From an uncultured virus (IMG/VR IMGVR_UViG_3300020183_000051) (taxonomy: Duplodnaviria > Heunggongvirae > Uroviricota > Caudoviricetes): DNA of 20,000 bases. Below, piece after piece: positions 8,487 to 15,971 of the stretch (the stretch's first letter is position 1; the number at the start of each line of letters is the position of its first letter). The notes beneath the pieces are model-generated. The model saw only the letters and a program-made list of their open reading frames with translations, had not been told where the DNA came from and made no database searches. Where the stretch lies: IMG/VR virus record IMGVR_UViG_3300020183_000051. The stretch is one strand, 5' to 3'. A program made the translations under genes and the position numbers.

Positions 8487-10298
8487 TCAGGAAGAAGTAA
8501 TACCCGTATTTCTAGAACATTCAAGAAGCTTGGATCCATCAGAAACGAAAACAAAAACAGAACGTCTGACTAAAGTTGACGTAGGAACGTAGTTACTGCC
8601 GGTAGCAAATTGACCTGCCGAAAATGTAATTGCTCCAGTATAACCAGGACTAGTATGGTTTAAAATTAAAGTAAAATTTGAGCCAGCCGAAGGAATCGCA
8701 GAAGAAGTTATCATTATAGCAAATGTGCCGCTTACAGTCATTTGTAACACACTATTAGTAGAAGCTGTAACTGAAGCGGTTGTTACGCTTGCATTGCCAA
8801 ACGTACCAGGCAAGGTGAAAAATTTTCCTGCAATTTGACCATTAACATTGAGACTTCCACTATTGACATTGAGACTTCCACTATGAATATTAACATCACC
8901 CTTATGATTGATACGCATCTTTTCAGTAAATGTACTGTTAAATACGTTATAGTCCACGTCATTATGTGTGTAAAATGATAATGCGCTACCCCAACAATTG
9001 GTAGGTCCACCCGTCTGCCCGCAGGTTCTTAAACCATAAATACCTGCAGTACAAACATCGGAATTTTGAAATGTAATACCTCCACCTCTTCCTGCGTTTT
9101 GATTATGGGGATTTGACGAGATATAAATTCCCGCGTCAAATCCCAACTCCGCATCATGTTTAATTACGTGTAACACACTGCTGGATAAAACATTAAATAC
9201 GGACGAGTCTCCTCTTATTGTGCACACGCCCATTGACGCTGTTGGAACTATTCCCACTCCAAATTTTCCATCATGTGTAATTACGACTCTTGCTTCTTTT
9301 GGAGAATTGTTATTGGATCCAGATTTTACCGTAAAAAATGCCAAATTTCCACCTCTGTCTCCACTAGCAGTAGATTCGGCAAATGCTCCTATAGATGCAA
9401 TCAAGCTTTGTGATAATTTTTGATCAGCTTTATCAAATATGTGAAATCCTAATTCGCCGGTTGTCTGAAACACGTTTTTTGCACGTCTGGTTCCGCCAAT
9501 TGCCAACGCCATATTTAATCCTCCAAGATTTTCAGAGCCAGTTGCTGCTATTACAACTGACGCATATGAGTAATCAAGTGCATTTATTTGATTATCATTA
9601 AGAAAATTTGGTTGATTTTTTCTATAAAGAAACTGAGCTATTTGGTTTGGATTTCCAATACGTGCTTCGTAGGCTTCGGTTGGAGATGTAATATTGTTCG
9701 CTGTAAGATTGTTCGATGTAAGGTTGGTGAAGTTGCCTATCGGCGACGTGATCGATGTGGTGCCATGCAACGTACTGCCACTGATTGCACTGATTGCAAG
9801 AATGTTGCTCGCCGTTAAATTGGTAAAATTACCATCTCCAGCAGAATTAACTATTAAATTTTTCCACACACCACCTTCAAACACTTGAAATGCCGATGTA
9901 TCGGAATTATATATAATACTTCCGTTTTTGGTGGTGAACTGCAAAGCGTCTCTGTTTTGCGTTGTATAAGAACGTATGAGGAACGAATTAAAAGGAGTTC
10001 CGCCGACCTCTGCCACACTAGATAGTTCCGCTTTATCAGAAAAAGACGCGGTGTTTGCTGTTAAAGCACTGTCTGCTATAAATGCTCTTTCTGACACAGT
10101 AGAAATTTCAGCCGATTCCGCATTTAATGCGTGAACGGCTTCTTCGGGTATGACTTTTTTGGACAAATATCCAGAAAACTCATGTATGCTCATGTTTTTG
10201 GTCTCAGAGAAGCTTCTATCTACCACCACTAATAAGTCCTGAGGATCAAGACTTCCAGACGTCATTGGAGTCAATTCAGTAATTTTTTTATTAGACAT
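8487..10298 (-). CDS. Tail fibre / virion fibre-like structural protein
   Basis: 603 aa, Ser/Thr/Gly/Asn-rich. N-terminal KKITEL....DLLVVVD..ETKN attachment-type motif, GSIIYNSDT..FQVF.GG.W, and repeated L.F.T.....E..RI...G.V.I fibre motifs. Confidence 0.75.
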   Translation of the reverse strand: MSNKKITELTPMTSGSLDPQDLLVVVDRSFSETKNMSIHEFSGYLSKKVIPEEAVHALNAESAEISTVSERAFIADSALTANTASFSDKAELSSVAEVGGTPFNSFLIRSYTTQNRDALQFTTKNGSIIYNSDTSAFQVFEGGVWKNLIVNSAGDGNFTNLTASNILAISAISGSTLHGTTSITSPIGNFTNLTSNNLTANNITSPTEAYEARIGNPNQIAQFLYRKNQPNFLNDNQINALDYSYASVVIAATGSENLGGLNMALAIGGTRRAKNVFQTTGELGFHIFDKADQKLSQSLIASIGAFAESTASGDRGGNLAFFTVKSGSNNNSPKEARVVITHDGKFGVGIVPTASMGVCTIRGDSSVFNVLSSSVLHVIKHDAELGFDAGIYISSNPHNQNAGRGGGITFQNSDVCTAGIYGLRTCGQTGGPTNCWGSALSFYTHNDVDYNVFNSTFTEKMRINHKGDVNIHSGSLNVNSGSLNVNGQIAGKFFTLPGTFGNASVTTASVTASTNSVLQMTVSGTFAIMITSSAIPSAGSNFTLILNHTSPGYTGAITFSAGQFATGSNYVPTSTLVRRSVFVFVSDGSKLLECSRNTGITSS

Positions 10299-10319
10299 AT
10301 ATCAGAAGATAAATAGTCT

Positions 10320-11039
10320 TTAACCCATCTTTTTCATTTTTTTAATTAAAAATTTAACCAGTTTAGACCTAACAATGTCATCCTCAGTAAATTCAAAAGT
10401 ATATACTCCGTTTTCTCGACTATCTTCATCCGAAAACAATTCAATCATTTTTTTAAACCCACTCTTGTTTCCAATATCAGATTGATCCGGATCACCTAAT
10501 ATAAATAATTTGCTGAACTCTCCAACTCTGGTTACCAATGTCACCAATTCTTTAGTAGTCATGTTCTGCGACTCATCTGAAATAATAACTTTAGCATTCC
10601 AATTCAACCCACGCAAAAATCCTACCGGCACAGAATCAATATGTTCATTCTTTTGCAAAAAATCAATGTCGCTTCTATTTAAAAATTCCTCAAGCTTGTC
10701 AATCAATGGTTGCAAATATGGCGCCATTTTTTCGTGACTTTCTCCAGGTAAAAAACCCAACTTGCTATCACTACTCTCTACCGCACTTCTAATATAAAGC
10801 AAATCACTAACCTTACGATCATTTAATAACTTTAACGCACTCAATATCGCAAGATATGTTTTGCTCGTGCCAGCCGGACCAGAAACAAAAATTATCTTGC
10901 TTTCTTTATTTAACGCCAATTCCAAAAACAATTTCTGCTTGTCAGTTAAAATTTGCTGTTCTTTTATGTTTATTTTTAATGAAATCTTTTTATCCTGATG
11001 AACGTGTGAACTACGATCGATAAGTTTATGTTTTTTCAT
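10320..11039 (-). CDS. phoH: PhoH-like ATPase
   Basis: GPAGTSKTYLA (Walker A), LGFLPG...EKMAPY, FLRG, IISDESQN, TRVGE, GDPDQSD, DIVRS. Confidence 0.95.
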   Translation of the reverse strand: MKKHKLIDRSSHVHQDKKISLKINIKEQQILTDKQKLFLELALNKESKIIFVSGPAGTSKTYLAILSALKLLNDRKVSDLLYIRSAVESSDSKLGFLPGESHEKMAPYLQPLIDKLEEFLNRSDIDFLQKNEHIDSVPVGFLRGLNWNAKVIISDESQNMTTKELVTLVTRVGEFSKLFILGDPDQSDIGNKSGFKKMIELFSDEDSRENGVYTFEFTEDDIVRSKLVKFLIKKMKKMG

Positions 11040-11340
11040 ACTTGTTGTTTAACCTTACATTTATTTTTTTAATTTTATTGCATAACTCATAATGCTCATT
11101 TTCAATACAATAATCATATATCTCTTTAATATTGCATAAAAAATTCTTACGATCTAACGTAACAATAAAATCGCTATTCTCAAATTTGAAAACTTCAACG
11201 ACAGATAAACTTTTATCAATCGAATGATTAATCGATTCAATTACGTTCTCCAATAAAACTAAACGATGATTTTTTATGTAGGCTTGAAGCTGCTCGTCAT
11301 CCGATGGTAAAATCAACGGCGTATATTTAAATTTATTCAT
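11026..11340 (-). CDS. Hypothetical protein with C-terminal UvrB/UvrC-like motif
   Basis: 104 aa, with ENEHYELCNKIK resembling the E.YE.AA..RD UVR motif. Confidence 0.7.
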   Translation of the reverse strand: MNKFKYTPLILPSDDEQLQAYIKNHRLVLLENVIESINHSIDKSLSVVEVFKFENSDFIVTLDRKNFLCNIKEIYDYCIENEHYELCNKIKKINVRLNNKYEKT

Positions 11341-11394
11341 AAAATGAATACCAATAATAAATATCTAAAAAAAATACGTTAAATGAATTATTGC

Positions 11395-11425
11395 AAAAAA
11401 AAATCCGACCCAAATCAGGCCGGAC
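11395..11425 (-). terminator. Intrinsic terminator
   Basis: Minus strand TCCGGCCT-GATTT-GGGTCGGA (stem with G-U pairs) followed by T9. Confidence 0.8.
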
Positions 11426-11446
11426 TCAAAATAAATTTTACTTTGC

Positions 11447-11674
11447 TTACTTTTTTAAATTATGCCGATCAGAAATCGAAACCTTTGACGTAGGATCCCA
11501 ATTCAAAGTCAGCCGATTCCAATAATCATACTCGGAAATCGCCAACTCTTTAGTATCATAATCTCGATCAGATACTCGATGACCATCCCTAATAACGCAA
11601 TACTTCTTAATATTAACGTTGCTCTTATTACCCTGATTTTGTTTTTTATTAGTATTTTTTTTCGTATCACTCAT
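11447..11674 (-). CDS. Hypothetical protein
   Basis: 75 aa (YCVIRDGHRVSDRDY...EYDYW) with its own promoter and a terminator downstream. Confidence 0.75.
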   Translation of the reverse strand: MSDTKKNTNKKQNQGNKSNVNIKKYCVIRDGHRVSDRDYDTKELAISEYDYWNRLTLNWDPTSKVSISDRHNLKK

Positions 11675-11710
11675 ACAACCTCACTCTAACATTAACTTTC
11701 TACTTGTCAA
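11675..11710 (-). promoter_or_regulatory. Sigma70-type near-leaderless promoter
   Basis: TTGACA-N16-TAGAGT-N8-ATG. Confidence 0.6.
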
Positions 11711-11843
11711 ATACAATCTTCTCAATCGCCAATAATAACGCTTTTTTATCACCGTCCGATGCAATAATCAATTGCTTGATCTTCTCTAACTTAACCTCAT
11801 TACCAATCGCATAATCAACGTCTTCCATGTAAATATTATCCAT
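11700..11843 (-). CDS. Small hypothetical protein (47 aa, not in ORF track)
   Basis: Hand-translated MDNIYMEDVDYAIGNEVKLEKIKQLIIASDGDKKALLLAIEKIVFDK*. Starts 2 nt after the upstream stop. Confidence 0.6.
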   Translation of the reverse strand: MDNIYMEDVDYAIGNEVKLEKIKQLIIASDGDKKALLLAIEKIVFDK

Positions 11844-11845
11844 AA

Positions 11846-12112
11846 TTAACCTTTCAATAAAATTTTATCCTTCACATCCCGCCCAAGAAATTCCACAATC
11901 TCTTTCTTCGCAGCCGCATTTATGATAAACATATCATTCCACGGATTTCCTGTTTTCAAAATCTGCCAACACCAACAAATACGATTAAACCAACTTAATC
12001 GATTACGACTAAATCCAGAATTCCAAACCGTTAAATAATGCTGGTTATACTCACGATCATATTCCAATTCCAATAAATGACCATAACACTCACATTTTAT
12101 AAACTTATTCAT
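11846..12112 (-). CDS. Hypothetical protein (Trp/Cys-rich)
   Basis: 88 aa, FIKCEC.GH.L...LSWFNRI..CWQIL..G.PW.D. Confidence 0.75.
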   Translation of the reverse strand: MNKFIKCECYGHLLELEYDREYNQHYLTVWNSGFSRNRLSWFNRICWCWQILKTGNPWNDMFIINAAAKKEIVEFLGRDVKDKILLKG

Positions 12113-12231
12113 ACTTTTTTAATATTTATACCAGAATGAATGAGTATCCTATGAAAAGAAGAATACTTCACATTCTGTTTCATAGTATATGCATACTAAG
12201 AATATCCTGCCAACTTATTTTAAATAAAATA

Positions 12232-12270
12232 AATAAAAAAAATTATTGGCAAAAATTAAAATTCTTTGCC
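12232..12270 (-). terminator. Probable terminator of the tmRNA/ribozyme transcript
   Basis: Minus strand GGCAAAGAAT-TTT-AATTTTTGCC hairpin (12248-12270), then AATAA and a T-rich tract. Confidence 0.55.
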
Positions 12271-12311
12271 CACGGAATAATAAGATCGTTAAAGTAAAAT
12301 CTAAACTAATA

Positions 12312-12371
12312 CAGAATATTCTCGGCGTTACTCAAGCACAACCAACGTGAAGGTGATATTCTACTGTGCTC
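12312..12371 (-). ncRNA. Minimal HDV-like (theta-type) self-cleaving ribozyme
   Basis: P1 GAGCACA/UGUGCUU (G1-U wobble), P2 UAGAAUAUC/GA(A)UAUUCUG, P3 ACC/GGU, L3 UUCACGUU, P1.1 UC/GA, GUAAC linker with no P4, J4/2 C-C-G-A. The order of segments matches the HDV double pseudoknot. Confidence 0.85.
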
Positions 12372-12747
12372 TGGAGATGTCGGGAGTTGAACCCGAGTCC
12401 AATAATTATACAAATTACCTGACTACACGCTTATAGTTTTTAATATTTTCGTAAAAACAATTCTAAAACTCAAAAGTTGTTTATCTTAAGATTTATATTT
12501 CAACATTAACTTAAATCACTTTTTAATGCCAATCACAATAATGTCATAATTAAAACTATTGTGCATCATCCTAATTATGGGTGACTTATAATTAAGCCAC
12601 AACAAGAACTTCTTCCTCAACAGGAATGAAGTCATATGCGATTACGTTTTTAGCGTTTATCTTCTTGATAGATTCTTTACGAGGCCAACTATCATCCCCG
12701 ACGTGCCAAATACTCTCTCTAACTATTGTCGAAACCATTACATCCCC
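12372..12747 (-). ncRNA. ssrA: tmRNA (one-piece, CCA not encoded)
   Basis: 5' GGGGATGTAATGGTTTCGAC and 3' GGACTCGGGTTCAACTCCCGACATCTCCA. Acceptor stem GGGGAUG/CAUCUCC with the G3-U alanine determinant. ATAAAC then resume codon GCT opens tag AKNVIAYDFIPVEEEVLVVA* (12592-12654). Confidence 0.95.
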
Positions 12748-12777
12748 ATCAAATTCAAAGAACAGCCTAATCTAAAT

Positions 12778-13017
12778 CTATTTTTTTCCATCTCTCAAAA
12801 TTTGTGCAACAATCATATCAGATATAGCTTCACGATCCGCAGCGTCCAACGGAGCCGGTTCAATAGAATTTATATCCACCTTCACAACAACTTCGTAATT
12901 ATAATTAGTTCCCTCTAACTCAACCGTACCTTTTCTTACTTCATCAGTATTCTCAGTTAAATATTCACGCACACATTCTCTTATAATAGACTTTAATTCA
13001 GATATTTTCATTTTCAT
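12778..13017 (-). CDS. Hypothetical protein, possible head-packaged protein
   Basis: 79 aa with N-terminus MKISELKSIIRECVREYLTE and TATTTAT 5 nt upstream. Confidence 0.75.
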   Translation of the reverse strand: MKMKISELKSIIRECVREYLTENTDEVRKGTVELEGTNYNYEVVVKVDINSIEPAPLDAADREAISDMIVAQILRDGKK

Positions 13018-13033
13018 ATTAAATAAATATTTT

Positions 13034-13071
13034 AAAAAAAAATAAACCGTCGAAAAAATTCAACGGTTTAT
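13034..13071 (-). terminator. Intrinsic terminator after the outer-membrane protein gene
   Basis: Minus strand ATAAACCGTTGAA-TTTT-TTCGACGGTTTAT followed by a T run. Confidence 0.8.
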
Positions 13072-13097
13072 CTCATTATTTAACTTTCACTTGCTTT

Positions 13098-13865
13098 TTA
13101 GAAACTTACTTTAACACCAGTGGTAAAAGCCAAATTTCCATCAAACCTACGTGCAGCCAAAGCCGTATCAGACGTCACATACCCAATATCAATATATGGC
13201 TTCAAATACTTGACTCCGGTATAAGCTAACGTACCACCAGCAGTGTAACTTGTATGCTTGTCATACAAATATGCCTCAACTCTAGGAGTTAACTCAACCT
13301 GCCCCAAGGTAAAAGTACGATCAACTCCCAAGGTAGCACCAAACAATTGCGTGTCAAAATCACGCGCCACCCTCACATATGGAGTCGCCAATGTAGTCAA
13401 TATCGGAAACTTGTTCAAACGAAATCCACCATACGCAGTAAAAGTATCGCTAAACGCACCACCTATCATACGCTTCTCAACACCACCTACCGCAGTAACT
13501 TCAATCGCACCGTTTCCAAGCTTACGTGAAACATTCGCATCAAAAACCGCCTGTTCAGCGTTCTCGCCACGAATAAAATACGTAACTCCCAACTGTGGCG
13601 TCAAAAAAGAGTTTTCTAACGCAATCGTGGAAGCCACAAACGCACTGTTCTTTTGAAATTGCAAACCAAGATGATTCGCACGCGTCGTATAACCAGAATC
13701 AAACGCAACTCTAGGAGTCACTACAAATTCTGGCTTTGCAACCGCACGAGCCGTTAATGGATCCGCAACCACATTACTAGTCGCATTTGCAGACGCAGCT
13801 GACAGTTCATTAAAACCTGTCAACATAATCAACATTATTACTATATTTTTTACTGTTTTTATCAT
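13098..13865 (-). CDS. Outer-membrane beta-barrel protein (putative porin)
   Basis: Signal peptide (MIKTVKNIVIMLIMLTGFNELSAA), many amphipathic beta strands (LTPQLGVTY, TPYVRVAR, LTPRVEAY, LKPYIDIGY) and C-terminal TTGVKVSF ending in Phe (BAM signal). Confidence 0.8.
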   Translation of the reverse strand: MIKTVKNIVIMLIMLTGFNELSAASANATSNVVADPLTARAVAKPEFVVTPRVAFDSGYTTRANHLGLQFQKNSAFVASTIALENSFLTPQLGVTYFIRGENAEQAVFDANVSRKLGNGAIEVTAVGGVEKRMIGGAFSDTFTAYGGFRLNKFPILTTLATPYVRVARDFDTQLFGATLGVDRTFTLGQVELTPRVEAYLYDKHTSYTAGGTLAYTGVKYLKPYIDIGYVTSDTALAARRFDGNLAFTTGVKVSF

Positions 13866-13869
13866 ATTT

Positions 13870-14700
13870 TTTTCCTTTTCATTTAATCGAAACTAAATTA
13901 CACATTCAATTTCAATCGTGGATAACTATATCCTATATAACAAAAACATCAATTATAATAATATCACAAACTGTAACTCATTAATAACCAATAACTTATA
14001 AAAATATAAAATAATCAAAAATCTACCACCACACACCTACAATATATCCCAAATCTATAAAAAATATACCTTTTACACCACCTCTCACAAAAAAATATTT
14101 ACTCCACCAACTGCCGCTTATTTTATCTCGTAAAATTATAAAATATCTCCAGATTTTATCACAAAATCAAAAATAAAACAAATATCTAACTTAAAATCTC
14201 CCCTATAAAAAATTTTCCCCCCGGTTTTTTTCAAAAAATTAACAAATAAACAAAAAACTATATAACAAAATACGCTTTTTATAAAAAAAAAGTCTTATAA
14301 AAAATACTCGGTGTGTGTCGGGTGACTCTGGCCCAAAGTTGGGGTTGGGGGACCCCCTATTCAGAAGTAGGGGGGTACCGTCATTTTAGGGGTATTCTTC
14401 GGGGCCAGGGGGTGGGGGAGCATATATGTTTGGTAGGCTCCTCGCGGTGGGTATTTGTTGGGTGGGGTGGTCTTAATAGCAATGTTTGGGGGCAAAGAGC
14501 GGTGGAGGGGATAATAAACAAGGGTGGTTAGTTATGGTAGGAGGGCATAGGTGTTTGAGTTTGTGGGAGGGTTTTTATATTTTATAATGTGGGGGGTAAT
14601 AATAATTATCTCAATCAACTGAGTCTAAAGATATGATTAGGATTACCGCGAAGATTATTACGATAATAAAGATCGCTAAGATTTCTTTCACAATTTTTAA
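13870..14700. other. Gene-free region with sharp strand-composition switch: candidate replication origin or genome end
   Basis: On the plus strand about 13920-14305 is A/C-rich and almost G-free, while about 14310-14600 is G/T-rich with many G4-G6 tracts. Confidence 0.5.
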
Positions 14701-14712
14701 ATTGATACAGAG

Positions 14713-15297
14713 TTAATCAATTATTTTATAAACCACTGAAGCTCGGCCACGAGCTGACTTGGATTTTACTCGATCGGCGATGACGATGCGACCAGTGGAT
14801 ACGAGTTTTTTAATTTCCATATAGGCGAGTGGTTGGGTCCATTGTGGATTGACCTTGAGCAATTGTTTCATGGTAAATCCGTCGTGTTGAGTGGGTAGGG
14901 ATAGAGTGGGTCGAATTGTTTTGGGTCGGCCTTTGAATTTCTTGGGAGTTAGAACGACGGCTTTGAATTGTTCTTTAGGAATGACGGGTGTAGATTCTGA
15001 TTTGACCAACTGATTGAGTTTATTGATTGCGGCGGATTTGTTTCCGAACGACCAGGCATAATGTCCCCATTGAGAAGTTCCGGGATATCGTTCTTCGTCT
15101 TCGGCGAGGGTTTGTTTGAAGATTTTGGTACCTGCTTTGAGGGTACGAATGACGATGGTTTCGTAGTCTTTTACTTTACCGTCACAGCAACGTTCATAGA
15201 CTGCGAATTTTCCATTACGTTGAACTTGGGTATAGGTTAGAGGATTGGCAGAAAATCCACCTTCGCCGCTGACAAACTGTGTTTCGAGTGTTTTCAT
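14713..15297 (-). CDS. Hypothetical protein with basic linker and possible C-terminal winged-helix DNA-binding domain
   Basis: 194 aa. N-domain YETIVI...ERYPGTSQWGHYAW, KGRPK linker, C-terminal FTMKQL...LAYMEIKKLV..G.I......GRASVVY. Confidence 0.75.
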   Translation of the reverse strand: MKTLETQFVSGEGGFSANPLTYTQVQRNGKFAVYERCCDGKVKDYETIVIRTLKAGTKIFKQTLAEDEERYPGTSQWGHYAWSFGNKSAAINKLNQLVKSESTPVIPKEQFKAVVLTPKKFKGRPKTIRPTLSLPTQHDGFTMKQLLKVNPQWTQPLAYMEIKKLVSTGRIVIADRVKSKSARGRASVVYKIID

Positions 15298-15334
15298 GTT
15301 TCAGACAGTATGGACTTATTTTATAGAAAGTCAA
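15298..15334 (-). promoter_or_regulatory. Early promoter cassette
   Basis: TTGACT-N16-CATACT-GTCTGAAAC-ATG. Confidence 0.75.
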
Positions 15335-15365
15335 CCAATTATTCTTTTAATTTGTTTGTGGAATT

Positions 15366-15578
15366 TTAACGAACGGTTGAGTAAGTGTGTTTACGATTCA
15401 ACACCCACCGAATTGCACCAACGGTATGAGTATTCCACTTGTAGCAATGGGCATCCATTTCTAAATTCATGGAAGCTTCCATGGAGAGGCTGTCATAACC
15501 CATGGTGAAGTTTTCAACGGCGATCTTTTTAGCCTTGGGGAATTTGATGAGCGCTTTCGTGATTAGTTCGTTGTTCAT
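15366..15578 (-). CDS. Hypothetical early protein
   Basis: 70 aa (FPKAKKIAVENF...NLEMDAHCYKWN..TV.AI) with a promoter cassette directly upstream. Confidence 0.8.
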   Translation of the reverse strand: MNNELITKALIKFPKAKKIAVENFTMGYDSLSMEASMNLEMDAHCYKWNTHTVGAIRWVLNRKHTYSTVR

Positions 15579-15615
15579 TGTGAAAATAGAATAACAGTTT
15601 ATTAAAATAAGTCAA
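15579..15615 (-). promoter_or_regulatory. Early promoter cassette
   Basis: TTGACT-N16-TATTCT-ATTTTCACA-ATG. Confidence 0.85.
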
Positions 15616-15624
15616 GCCCTATCG

Positions 15625-15861
15625 TTATTGATCGTCGGAAAGATGTTCCAAATAAGGTTCTTGGTAGGTGTCACCGCTCACTTCCGCGTTCGGATAGGCT
15701 GCTTGAGCCTCTGACAGAGTGTCAAAGTCATCAAGCCAAACACGACGACGTTGACCCGACAGCACACTACTGCGGGGGTAGGTAGAGTGCTCGTAGACGG
15801 TATACTTGTTGTTGCGGTAGGTGGCACCGTTACCCATTTCGATGGTCAGATAGGATTTCAT
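15625..15861 (-). CDS. Hypothetical early protein
   Basis: 78 aa (YPRSSVLSGQRRRVWLDDFDTLSEAQAAYPNA) with a promoter cassette upstream. Confidence 0.8.
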   Translation of the reverse strand: MKSYLTIEMGNGATYRNNKYTVYEHSTYPRSSVLSGQRRRVWLDDFDTLSEAQAAYPNAEVSGDTYQEPYLEHLSDDQ

Positions 15862-15971
15862 TGTGCAAACAGTTTATCTACTTTTTATAAAATGTCAAGC
15901 CCTTGGTGTCGAATTAAAGATTTTCTTAAAGTTTTCCTTTGTTTTAATCCGGCGAAAGATTTCCGTCTTGG
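15857..15971. repeat. 115-bp direct repeat, copy A (copy B at 19628-19742)
   Basis: 7 mismatches by manual alignment. Contains a promoter cassette plus the 3' end of the 123-aa gene. Confidence 0.95.
15862..15898 (-). promoter_or_regulatory. Early promoter cassette
   Basis: TTGACA-N16-TAAACT-GTTTGCACA-ATG. The upstream gene's TGA stop lies within TTGACA. Confidence 0.85.

Noticed and set aside
12109..12215. 24-codon ORF MKQNVKYSSFHRILIHSGINIKKV with a weak upstream promoter
   Set aside because: Too short, and the promoter spacing does not fit the family, so it cannot be supported.
12680..12747. tRNA gene at the GGGGATG end or at the T-arm near 12372-12400
   Set aside because: No anticodon arm. 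The two halves are about 300 nt apart and pair with each other around a tag frame, so this is tmRNA.
14313..14531. 72-aa Gly/Trp-rich plus-strand ORF
   Set aside because: By-product of the G-tract region: GTG start, low complexity and orientation opposite to all genes.
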